64,000 nucleotides of DNA. It comes from Parcubacteria group bacterium. GTDB lineage: Bacteria > Patescibacteriota > Minisyncoccia > Moranbacterales > UBA9337. A program made the translations under genes and the position numbers. The stretch's first letter is position 1. Each line of letters starts with the position of its first letter. Below the pieces are notes generated by a model. The model saw only the letters and a program-made list of their open reading frames with translations, had not been told where the DNA came from and did not search any database. The stretch lies in the NCBI GenBank assembly GCA_041662245.1, contig JBAZSW010000006.1, positions 10,442 to 74,441 of the forward strand, in the 5' to 3' direction. Shown piece by piece: positions 29,857 to 39,149 of the stretch.

Positions 29857-30522
29857 TTAAAACTTTAGATAGTTTTCCCAATAATCATACAGTTTGGCTG
29901 TGGCTTTTATATCCCGAGCACAATACTGAGCAATTTCTTTTTGTCTACCCGATTGAAACATCTCTCCAATCATCGCACCGTCTATTCCTTCTTCTTTGGG
30001 ACTTCTGATGCCAAATTGTTTAGTATAAAAATCTAGACTAAATCGACGGCTAGCTCCATAATAAGTAAATTGATCAAGCAAATCACAATGTAATTTATAA
30101 TCATAACGATAAGGAACTAAATTACGACTAGGTTTGACTTTTAAAATAGCACTTCTTAAATGAAGGAAAGGAGCATCGAAAACCCTTCCATTGAAAGTTA
30201 TTATTTGCTTATATTTCCCAATATCCTCCCAAAAGCTTTTTAACATTTCCCTTTCCGATTTTATCTTAAAAATCACACCTTCTTCTAAAAAATCACCATC
30301 TTTTTCTTTCCCTTGATAATAAGTTATCCCTTTCTCCGTAACAGGATTAAACATTCCGATAGCCACGATTTCCCCCGTCAGAGGACTGAGTGCTAAGCTT
30401 TCTTTTATTTTATTCTGTTCTTCTTCATCTTTGGCATACTTCAATAAATATTCCTTGGATTTTTCATCCAAACTCTCGAAATCTATCCCAATTGTTTCAA
30501 TATCCACAACAACCTTACTCAT
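29857..30522 (-). CDS. 3'-5' exonuclease (PolB-exo / RNase H-like DEDD)
   Basis: VDIET, FNGRVFDAPFL, YCARD. Confidence 0.88.
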   Translation of the reverse strand: MSKVVVDIETIGIDFESLDEKSKEYLLKYAKDEEEQNKIKESLALSPLTGEIVAIGMFNPVTEKGITYYQGKEKDGDFLEEGVIFKIKSEREMLKSFWEDIGKYKQIITFNGRVFDAPFLHLRSAILKVKPSRNLVPYRYDYKLHCDLLDQFTYYGASRRFSLDFYTKQFGIRSPKEEGIDGAMIGEMFQSGRQKEIAQYCARDIKATAKLYDYWENYLKF

Positions 30523-30531
30523 ACGAAATTA

Positions 30532-31155
30532 TTAACTATTAGTCGTTTTCTCTAATTCATCTTTAAACTCTTGATATATTTTTTCTAATTCTTCAATTTC
30601 CGCATTATCATCTTCTGCAATTCTGACTATTACTTCATGAATGGCTTTTTCTCTCTCTGCGTCAACATCGAAATCTTTTTCATCTTTTTTATCAAAAGCA
30701 TCCACTAACATAATAAGATCTTCTTCTAGGTATTGGATAAATTTATAATTTCCACCACCATTAGAATATTTATCTTTTAATTTAACAGCCACGTTTTTTA
30801 TTTCACTTATAGTTTTTTTGGTTTTAAGAAATTCTTCTTTAATGTGAGCAAAAACATCTCCATCAATCCCTGTTTCACTTACCATAACGCCCGTCTCAGA
30901 TTCGATAAACATATCCATTATTTCTTCTCCTCCAAATTTTTCCATCCCTGCCAATATAAAGACTTTCTCCGTACTAGCCAAATGGTTGATAAAATCCTTT
31001 ATAACTCCGTAGGGAGGATATCTTTTTTCCACTATCCGCCTAACCATATCAATTTTTTCCAGCTCTTGAGTAACCTTTTCTTTTTCGTTGCCCACTTGCT
31101 CAAAGTTATCATTATCCAATCTTTTTTCCGATGTATTTTCTTCTATGATAGACAT
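30532..31155 (-). CDS. Hypothetical acidic helical protein
   Basis: 207-aa ORF in operon context. Confidence 0.7.
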   Translation of the reverse strand: MSIIEENTSEKRLDNDNFEQVGNEKEKVTQELEKIDMVRRIVEKRYPPYGVIKDFINHLASTEKVFILAGMEKFGGEEIMDMFIESETGVMVSETGIDGDVFAHIKEEFLKTKKTISEIKNVAVKLKDKYSNGGGNYKFIQYLEEDLIMLVDAFDKKDEKDFDVDAEREKAIHEVIVRIAEDDNAEIEELEKIYQEFKDELEKTTNS

Positions 31156-31181
31156 ATAATTTGTTTTTTAAAATTAAGAAA

Positions 31182-31661
31182 TTATTTTTTAATTCCAGCA
31201 GCTTTGGCAAAAAAATCTATTACATCTGGATCACCCATATAACATTTTCCTTCACTGTAAACAAAAGGAACTCCAATATTTTTTGGATCTAATCCGCATT
31301 TTGTGGCCGCCTGAGTTAACTCCTTGCCATTTTCCTGATTATGCCAAACTTCCTTTTTGACAAACTTAACCTTGTTATAAATATCATTTTGATCTAAATA
31401 CGCTATAACATTTTCACAATGAGGGCATTCTTCTCCGTAATAATAAATCGTACCACTGATATTCGCAACAGTTGAGCTTTCTGTCACACCTGAATTTTTA
31501 TTATTTTTCACAGACGCATCTGTTTTTGACTCTACTTTTTCAGGCACATTTTTGTTATTATCTTTTTTGTTATTTTTCAAATCTTGAAAATGCCAATAAA
31601 CAAAAAATATGCCCAATAAAACCACTGCCCCCGATAAAAACAAAATATTTCTATTCTTCAT
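31182..31661 (-). CDS. Membrane-anchored glutaredoxin-like protein
   Basis: N-terminal TM, CPHC, GVP, GD. Confidence 0.82.
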   Translation of the reverse strand: MKNRNILFLSGAVVLLGIFFVYWHFQDLKNNKKDNNKNVPEKVESKTDASVKNNKNSGVTESSTVANISGTIYYYGEECPHCENVIAYLDQNDIYNKVKFVKKEVWHNQENGKELTQAATKCGLDPKNIGVPFVYSEGKCYMGDPDVIDFFAKAAGIKK

Positions 31662-31729
31662 ACATACCTCATCTGATTAGTTGAATCCTCAATAAACTCA
31701 AACAACCAAATATTTTTTAAAGTTATTAA

Positions 31730-32908
31730 TTAATTATTTAATTTTTCATATAAGGCCAATGTTTCTTTGGCCACATTATCCCAATCAAAATCTTTAGCTC
31801 TTTCTAATCCTCTTTTCTTAAATTCATCACGCATATTCTTATCATGAGAGAAACTAAATATTGCATTTGCAATTCCTTCCGTATCTATCGGATTAACAAA
31901 ATAAGCCGCATCTCTCGCTATCTCAACTAGAGAAGATACCCGAGAAACTATTGCGGGCGTTCCTGTCGCAAAAGCCTCCAGAACCGTCATTCCAAATCCT
32001 TCATAGAGAGAAGGTAGGATAAAAAATTCTGCATTTTTGAAAAGTGGCAAAAGCTCATCTCCGATAATATAACCAGCAAAAATGATATCTTTCTTTACGC
32101 CTAAATCTTTAGCAATTTGAATATATTCTTTAGCTAACCATCCACTTTTTCCTACCAGCAAAAGCTGATAATCAAATTTTTTGTTTATGTCATTCTTTTT
32201 ATTTTCTTCAATAATTTTATTTTTAAAACTTGCAAAAGCTCCCAGCATTCTAGTGATATTTTTGCTAGGTTCAATAGTTCCTAAAAATAAAATATATTTT
32301 TTTCCTACTCCTAATTTTCCCAATATTCTCTCTGCGCCATCATCTGTTCCATTAAAAAATCGTTTATCCAAACCGCTATAAATAACTTCTACCTTATTAC
32401 CCACTTTAAAAATATTATCCAAATCCTCTTTGATAGAATTAGACACAGCAATAATTTTATCCACTTTTTTAGCCATCAACTGATAAGAAACCTTATTCCT
32501 CATTAAAGTTGTCCGAGGAAAACACTCTGGAATTTTATACATCGCCATATCGTGAAAAGTTGCTATCGTTTTCCCTTTGTAAGTCGTAGGAATCCGACTC
32601 ACAGGAGAAGTCGAATGCAAGACATCCAATTTTTCCTTTGCCAAGGTAGCTGCCGTTAAAATTTCATTATAAGCACCCGGGAGATACTTGCGATAATCTG
32701 AAAAAGGATAAAAAATAATTTTAGTATTGGGCAGAGTAAATTTTTTAATATCTTTTTCTCTAGCGCGAAAGTCAAGGAAAAGAACATATTCATTTTTTTT
32801 ATCCAAATCTAAAAGATGCTTAATTAATTGATAAGTATAATGTCCCGAGCCAACCGCTTCTCCTTTTTTGGGATTTAAAATTGTGCGAGCATCTATTCCT
32901 ATACGCAT
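31730..32908 (-). CDS. GT4 glycosyltransferase
   Basis: MRIGIDAR, GTIEPSKN, PSLYEGFGMTVLEA. Confidence 0.93.
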   Translation of the reverse strand: MRIGIDARTILNPKKGEAVGSGHYTYQLIKHLLDLDKKNEYVLFLDFRAREKDIKKFTLPNTKIIFYPFSDYRKYLPGAYNEILTAATLAKEKLDVLHSTSPVSRIPTTYKGKTIATFHDMAMYKIPECFPRTTLMRNKVSYQLMAKKVDKIIAVSNSIKEDLDNIFKVGNKVEVIYSGLDKRFFNGTDDGAERILGKLGVGKKYILFLGTIEPSKNITRMLGAFASFKNKIIEENKKNDINKKFDYQLLLVGKSGWLAKEYIQIAKDLGVKKDIIFAGYIIGDELLPLFKNAEFFILPSLYEGFGMTVLEAFATGTPAIVSRVSSLVEIARDAAYFVNPIDTEGIANAIFSFSHDKNMRDEFKKRGLERAKDFDWDNVAKETLALYEKLNN

Positions 32909-33135
32909 ATATTTTTTATTAATCTACTTATATCTTACTATATTATAAGGTGTTTATCAAGAAAGCTATTTTTGACAAAAATAAAAAACGCATACCTTTT
33001 CCTTAAGGTATGCGCCCAACAAAATTTGAATTATAAAAATCTAATTTTAATTTTTTCTATTTTTTGTTTTTTTAACTCAATCCAATTTGGACCAATAGAT
33101 TCAACTCCAGCTATTTCTCTCATAAAAAAGATGAT

Positions 33136-34566
33136 TTAAGAATTATTTTTTCTTCTTCTGAGCAAAACTGCCACTGTCTTAAATATTATTTGAATATCCA
33201 AAAGCAATGTCCAATTTTCTATATAATATAAGTCTAATTTATATTCATCTTCGAAATCCAAGTCTGATCTTCCCGAAACTTGCGCCATGCCAGTTATCCC
33301 CGGCTTGATAGTCAACAATCGTCTGTGATATTCTCGATATTTTTCAACTTCTCTTTTTTGATGTGGCCTAGGGCCCACCAAACTCAAATCGCCCAAAAAA
33401 ACATTATAAAACTGAGGAAATTCATCGATGGAATATTTTTCAATAAATGTTCCAATTTTAGTTTTTCTGGGATCATCTTTAATTTTATAAAGGGGTCCTT
33501 GGCGTATACTTCTTTCTTCAATTAACTTTTTCTCAAAAGCCAAAGCCTCTTTAAAATTGGGATTATTTTTATCTATACAATATTTCCATTGAAAGTAACG
33601 CAATTTAAAAACCTTTATTTCTCTGCCATGCGAACTGATTCTTTTATTTTTGTAGATAATAGGCCCTCCACGATCCTCTAATTTTATTAAAATTGCCACC
33701 ACCACTAAAATAGGAAAAGTTAAAATTATAAAGAATAAAGAAACAACGATATCAAAAATTCTTTTTATGATTTTATTCCAACCATCTAAAGGAGTGTGTT
33801 TAATTTCAATGATAGGCTCTCCAGCGAAAACTCCCATTTCAAAATGAGCAGTTTGCAAAGTAGTCGGAATAAAACGATAAGTAATATTGTTAATCGCACA
33901 AAAATCGATTAATTTTTCAATATCGTCTTCTGGAATAGTGGCATCTGATAAAATAATTTCATCAATTCCCTTATCCTCTCGAATACTTTTTACAATTGTT
34001 ACACGGGCAGTATCAATAACATCAATTATTTCATAGCCAAATTTAGGATTTCTTTCAATTATTTTCCTTAGGGTATCAATTTTACCGTTTCTACCAATTA
34101 GTAGTGTTCGGTGTACTCCGATTCTCTTATTTTTTAAAAGCCACTTTTGCACCGATTGCAATAAAAACCGAATTATTATTACATAAAAAGTCACCAAAAA
34201 CCATGCCAAAAGAATAATAAAACGAGAAGAAAACCATTCTCGTTTTAAAAAGAAAGTTACCACCACCAACATCAAAACAATAGTTGTAGCTGAAAAAACC
34301 TTCAATGATTCTTGCCAAAACTTTCTAGTAGCTCTGATATCATATAATCCTTGAGTGGCAAAAACTAAAATAAAAAAAGGAATTGCTACTAACACAATTC
34401 TCAAAAATTCATCAAAAGGAACCAATTTCAAAAGAGATTTTAATTCTAGCACCTCCCTAACCATTTCCGAGTCTCGTAACCAAAAAGCCGTAGTAGCTGC
34501 AACTAAAATAGCAATTGCATCCAAAGGAACTTGTATAGCACTAAAAAATAATTCTGATTTCTTCAT
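33136..34566 (-). CDS. Undecaprenyl-phosphate sugar phosphotransferase (WcaJ/WbaP family)
   Basis: KRIFD, DDPRKT, SIDEFPQFYNV, SLVGPRP, KPGITG, DLYYIENW. Confidence 0.93.
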   Translation of the reverse strand: MKKSELFFSAIQVPLDAIAILVAATTAFWLRDSEMVREVLELKSLLKLVPFDEFLRIVLVAIPFFILVFATQGLYDIRATRKFWQESLKVFSATTIVLMLVVVTFFLKREWFSSRFIILLAWFLVTFYVIIIRFLLQSVQKWLLKNKRIGVHRTLLIGRNGKIDTLRKIIERNPKFGYEIIDVIDTARVTIVKSIREDKGIDEIILSDATIPEDDIEKLIDFCAINNITYRFIPTTLQTAHFEMGVFAGEPIIEIKHTPLDGWNKIIKRIFDIVVSLFFIILTFPILVVVAILIKLEDRGGPIIYKNKRISSHGREIKVFKLRYFQWKYCIDKNNPNFKEALAFEKKLIEERSIRQGPLYKIKDDPRKTKIGTFIEKYSIDEFPQFYNVFLGDLSLVGPRPHQKREVEKYREYHRRLLTIKPGITGMAQVSGRSDLDFEDEYKLDLYYIENWTLLLDIQIIFKTVAVLLRRRKNNS

Positions 34567-34571
34567 GTTGT

Positions 34572-34676
34572 TCTCTACGGATTACGAATTAATACGAATA
34601 TACCAATGCGTGAAAAATTAAAATTATTCCACAAATTACTTATTCGTATATTCGTACAAAATTTGTAATTCGTAGG
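34572..34676. repeat. TACGAAT/ATTCGTA short-period repeat hairpin
   Basis: tacggattacgaattaatacgaat ... attcgtatattcgta...attcgta. Confidence 0.6.
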
Positions 34677-34755
34677 AAGCCAAACTCAATCAAATAATAT
34701 TAAACGCGCAATAAATTCAAAACAATCGATAAAGCGAGTTTGAATAAAAAATCAA

Positions 34756-35358
34756 TTATCTATCAAGACAAATCTATAAGCCGGATTCTGTCCCTTAAAA
34801 ATTAATTCAAGGGGGCAATCATTTATCTAGCCATATTGTTACCAATATGATCATTAGCAGCACTCCGCCACTGCATAGCAGTGGAATAATCAAATAACAA
34901 TTTACAAGATACAAACAAATTTCAAATCTCGGAAATCAATATTTCAAACAGGTCTGTTTGAATTATTGGAAACTGATCATTGTTTATTATTTGGAAATCG
35001 CATCTTGATACTTGAAATTTCCAATGCTACGCATTGACGACACGGCCTTGCACCAAGTAGGGTTTACCACGTTCTTCTATTGCTAGAGAACGAGAATTAT
35101 AGCTACAAATTTCATTGCTTCTGCAGAAATGCCAGCAACAAAAAATAAACATTAATTCACTTTTCACGTTTCTCCCATTACTTGTAAGTAATAGGATAGT
35201 ATTGTCTCTGTGGCACTTTCCCGTGATTTATCTCGCGATAAATCAGGTGGGCATTACCCACTACCTATATGTTGATAAATCAACATAGTGTCCGGACTTT
35301 CCTCTCGATATATTTAAAAAATATATCCAGCGATTGCCCGATTTGCCTTGATAGATAA
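34756..35358 (-). ncRNA. rnpB: RNase P RNA, enlarged (~600 nt)
   Basis: GAGGAAAGTCCGG, GAAAGTGCCACAGA, GGTAAACC, CTAGATAAATG, ACAGAATCCGGCTTAT; long P1 pairing; promoter TTGATT-17-TATAGT at 35398-35426. Confidence 0.95.
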
Positions 35359-35502
35359 CAAATTTTAAAATAACTTTTCATATTTCCAATCCCCCCAACT
35401 ATAGCACAAATTGACCAAAAAATCAATACCAATTACCTCTTTGAAAAATACCTTCAACTGTGCTATATTTATAGCACCTAAGTAATAATTAAAATAAAAA
35501 AT

Positions 35503-35772
35503 ATGGAAATTCTTGGAGAAACTCTCCCTCAAACACCCGAGCAGCCAAAAAGTAAACGTGAAGCGTATTTAGATCTTATTGAATCTGAAAAAGAAACAAT
35601 TAAAGATATTAAAACAAAAGAGGATTTAGCAGATCCAAACGTAAAGGTGCGTTTAAACAACTCAGAGAATCTGCTCGCTTTGCTTCAAGACGAACTGGAA
35701 GAATTAGATGATTTGGAAACATCTTCTGATGATGAAAAAGAAAATCCAGACAATATTGAATCTATACATTAA
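35503..35772 (+). CDS. Hypothetical acidic protein
   Basis: 89 aa with an upstream promoter-like sequence and a bidirectional terminator (~35785-35824). Confidence 0.7.
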   Translation: MEILGETLPQTPEQPKSKREAYLDLIESEKETIKDIKTKEDLADPNVKVRLNNSENLLALLQDELEELDDLETSSDDEKENPDNIESIH

Positions 35773-35880
35773 AATAAGTTCTCAAAAAAACCGTCAGATC
35801 TATTTTATAGACTGACGGTTTTTTAAGCTTTTGAAGAAATAAATCTAGGTGAATATTTTCCACCCAGAAGGGCTTAGTGA

Positions 35881-36159
35881 TTACTTGATCATTTCCATCA
35901 ATTTTTCAAGGGGTATTTGCAACAAAACATCATCCTTTATGGAATCCGTCCTCAAAGGAGAATGCAGATACCCGACATTACACATACAAAAGCATAAATA
36001 TCGGCAAGGAGGAAGATCCTCCTTTTTTGGCGCTATCACCGAAATTCCTTTTTCTGCAAAAAAGGATTCTATACGCTCCAGAACTTCTCTCATTTGAAAA
36101 CAATTCAGTTTTCTTTCCATAATCTCCCTTGCTGTGGCAAGATCTTCTCTTCTCATCAT
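35881..36159 (-). CDS. Hypothetical protein
   Basis: 92 aa, SD AAGGGAG. Confidence 0.55.
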   Translation of the reverse strand: MMRREDLATAREIMERKLNCFQMREVLERIESFFAEKGISVIAPKKEDLPPCRYLCFCMCNVGYLHSPLRTDSIKDDVLLQIPLEKLMEMIK

Positions 36160-36303
36160 GAATTCTCCCTTTTAGATTATTTGAGCTACTCAATTATATA
36201 TATGTTAATCGAAATAACAAAATAGATATTTCGACCCTTTATGCTAACATAAAAAAGCCATTTAGTCAATCCTCTAAAGTAATGCCAAGCGATAATTCCT
36301 CTG

Positions 36304-37938
36304 TCAATCCACGAAGCATTCTTTGGGGAGAATATCTTTCCTAATTTCATCTATTTGGGGACTTATTAATTGAACAGACATTGTCCCAAAAGGAATAGCG
36401 CCATTCTCTCCTTTGTTTTTTATTAATAAAACATGATTTTGAAATATGGACTCTTCTAAAGAGCCTTTCTGATAACACCCTTTTCTCCCCTTTTCTATCG
36501 AAAGGATGTAATAAAGTGAACGCACATAACGACTTTCTCCAGAAATAAAAATAAAGCCATTGTCAGAAAAATTATTATCAATTTTTGTAGCAATGGCGCG
36601 AAGTTGCCCCAATGTCACTTTTTCCTCTGTACCAAAAACGAGATCTTTTTCCATTTTATCAGATGTTTTTCCTGCATACGAAAGATTCTTTAAATAAATA
36701 TCTGTAGAATAAAGATTTAAAAAAATAAATACTAATATTATCAAAGAAACCAATGCTTTCGAAAAATTATTCGGAATAATTTGCGCTAACCACTCTAACA
36801 AAAAAGCAACCAAAAGGAAAATCAAAGGAGTAATGCCCAAATAAAATCGAGTAGAAATTTGATAAGCAAGAAGAACAGTAATCAGAAAAAAACTACCAAA
36901 CCATATTCCAAAAAATAATAAAATTTGTTTAGTGATATCTTTTTCTTTTTTCCATTTCCAAAAACCAATCCAAATTAAAAAAGAAAAAAACAAAAGAGAG
37001 ATTACGGTTATAGGAAGATCTGTTCTGCAATCTTTATCGCATTTTAAGGAAAATCCTCGCGTAAGGATGGTATTTGTATTTTGCCCGCCAGTTGCGACTA
37101 ACCAAAAGATTTTTGCTTCTTCCTGATATGCCCGAAAAAACTTTTCATGAATTCCATGATTATTATTTTGTGAACCTTTTTCTTCAACTGTCTTTATAAA
37201 TATTTCGCTCATAGCACCCTTGTTTTTTATCTCATACAAAAAAGTCGGCGCTTGAAAGATAAAGATAACAAAAACGCATATTAAAAATTCTTTCCAGTTC
37301 AACGGTTGAAAAAGTAATAAAAACACAAGTAAACTCCCGAGAAGGCTCAGTGCTACAACAAAATGTAATTGAAATATTATGCCCGTGCATATTGATAAAC
37401 CCACTAAAATCCATACTCGTGATTTATTTTTTCCAATAGAAAGAGCAAAAAATAAGGCCAACAAAGTCGAAAAAAACGGCAAACTATTTGGATTCCAAGC
37501 GAATCTTGAGAACGTAACCAAAAAAAGCGAAACACTTGCCAGACCAGTCACTCCCAAAGCTATCCAATTTGAAACAAACATCCTTAATAGGAAAAAGAGA
37601 ACCGGAATAGTAAGAATACCAAAAAAAAGATCGGGATAGGCAAAACTCTCGGGACTTGCTCCAAAAATTTTACCTGAAAAATATTGAAAATAATAAAAAA
37701 TAGGACCCAGATGAAGCTCACTTCCTCTAGCCTGAGGTCCGCTGAGAGGAAGCTTATCAATGCCCTCGATGATAGCTTTATTGACAATAAAAGAATCTCG
37801 GGATTGATCAGATTGAAAAATCAACCAATCTCCAAAATGGATAGAGCGAAAAAAAATCCCAACACCAAAAATAAATATAAATATTATTACATTTAAAAGA
37901 AATCTCTTATTATTAAAAATAAAATGTTTTTTAAGCAT
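36304..37938 (-). CDS. ArnT/PMT-like GT-C membrane glycosyltransferase
   Basis: DQSRD, LGPIFYY, SRFAWNPN, many TMs. Confidence 0.85.
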   Translation of the reverse strand: MLKKHFIFNNKRFLLNVIIFIFIFGVGIFFRSIHFGDWLIFQSDQSRDSFIVNKAIIEGIDKLPLSGPQARGSELHLGPIFYYFQYFSGKIFGASPESFAYPDLFFGILTIPVLFFLLRMFVSNWIALGVTGLASVSLFLVTFSRFAWNPNSLPFFSTLLALFFALSIGKNKSRVWILVGLSICTGIIFQLHFVVALSLLGSLLVFLLLFQPLNWKEFLICVFVIFIFQAPTFLYEIKNKGAMSEIFIKTVEEKGSQNNNHGIHEKFFRAYQEEAKIFWLVATGGQNTNTILTRGFSLKCDKDCRTDLPITVISLLFFSFLIWIGFWKWKKEKDITKQILLFFGIWFGSFFLITVLLAYQISTRFYLGITPLIFLLVAFLLEWLAQIIPNNFSKALVSLIILVFIFLNLYSTDIYLKNLSYAGKTSDKMEKDLVFGTEEKVTLGQLRAIATKIDNNFSDNGFIFISGESRYVRSLYYILSIEKGRKGCYQKGSLEESIFQNHVLLIKNKGENGAIPFGTMSVQLISPQIDEIRKDILPKECFVD

Positions 37939-37975
37939 CTAAATCTAAAGATTATCGTTACTTCTTGTGAAAACA

Positions 37976-39136
37976 TTACAGCTCCTGCAATTCTTCCATT
38001 AATCTCATGTAGAATTTCAGATTGTGGATAGAGGCTAAACGCATTCCCAATGGATCGCCCAAACGAAACAGATGATTAAGATAAGCCCGCGTATAATTTT
38101 GGCAAAGCTCACAATCACAATTTTTATCCACTGGCCCAAAATCATTTTTAAATTTTCCGTTTCGGATGTTAACTATTTCATAAAATAATTTTTGGTTTTT
38201 TGAATTTGGGTTTTTGAATTTGTTTGGAAATTGGGAATTGGAAATTGGGAATTCAAATTGTTTATTGGAAATAAACAATCTACCATGTCTTCCTTCTCTA
38301 GTCGGGATCACACAATCAAACATGTCCCAGCCTAATTTATAACATTTGATAATATCCTCTGGCGTTCCCACTCCTAAAGCAAAACGCAATGATTTTTCAG
38401 GAATAAAATCAGCAGTCGCTTTTAAAATTTTATCCATGAAAACCCCTTTTTCGTCAATATGACGCGCGCCAAATCCATAGCCATCCCAATCTCTCCCCAC
38501 TTCACGACCAACATCAATTAGACCTTCAACGCATCTTTTTCGTAAATCAACATATTTTCCTCCTTGCACTACTGCAAAAATAAGTGGTCTAGTTTTAGCT
38601 GTTAATTTTCTTTTTTTGATTTGCTTATTATATTCAATCAGGCATCTTTTGGCCCAACTAATCGTTCGCTCTACGGCTGAAGATATTCTTTCCTTTGAAT
38701 AATTATTAGGTGGCGGATCATCAAAACAAACTAACATGTCCACCCCCAAATCAAATTGGATCTGAATGGATTTTTCGGGAGTAATAGTGTGTTTTTCTCC
38801 GCTAGCAGGAGAACGAAAAACAACTTCATTATCAGTAATTCTACCCATTTGAGGATTCTTATGAATTAAAGAAAAAACTTGATATCCGCCACTATCCGAA
38901 AGTAGTGGTTTATGATAATTCATAAATTTATGTACTCCACCTGCCTTTTTGATAGTTTCCATTGTTGGTTGCAAAAAAAGATGGTAAGTATTTACCACCA
39001 TAGGAACCACTCCTGCTTTTTCCAGATCGTCATTACTTAAAAATTTTACCAACGCCCGCGTCGCATCCGGCATAAAAAACGGAGTTTTTAACTTTCCGTT
39101 TTTTGTAGTAATTATTTGATGCCTAAATTTATCCAT
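37976..39136 (-). CDS. tgt: tRNA-guanine transglycosylase
   Basis: TPFFMP, NTYHL, DSGGYQVFS, DMFDCVIPTR, CDCELC, HNL; start reset to MDKF at 39136. Confidence 0.95.
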   Translation of the reverse strand: MDKFRHQIITTKNGKLKTPFFMPDATRALVKFLSNDDLEKAGVVPMVVNTYHLFLQPTMETIKKAGGVHKFMNYHKPLLSDSGGYQVFSLIHKNPQMGRITDNEVVFRSPASGEKHTITPEKSIQIQFDLGVDMLVCFDDPPPNNYSKERISSAVERTISWAKRCLIEYNKQIKKRKLTAKTRPLIFAVVQGGKYVDLRKRCVEGLIDVGREVGRDWDGYGFGARHIDEKGVFMDKILKATADFIPEKSLRFALGVGTPEDIIKCYKLGWDMFDCVIPTREGRHGRLFISNKQFEFPISNSQFPNKFKNPNSKNQKLFYEIVNIRNGKFKNDFGPVDKNCDCELCQNYTRAYLNHLFRLGDPLGMRLASIHNLKFYMRLMEELQEL

Positions 39137-39149
39137 CTTTATTTTTAAT

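Noticed and set aside
33031-33123. 30-aa ORF after the sugar transferase
   Set aside because: Too short, with no SD or motif; cannot be supported.
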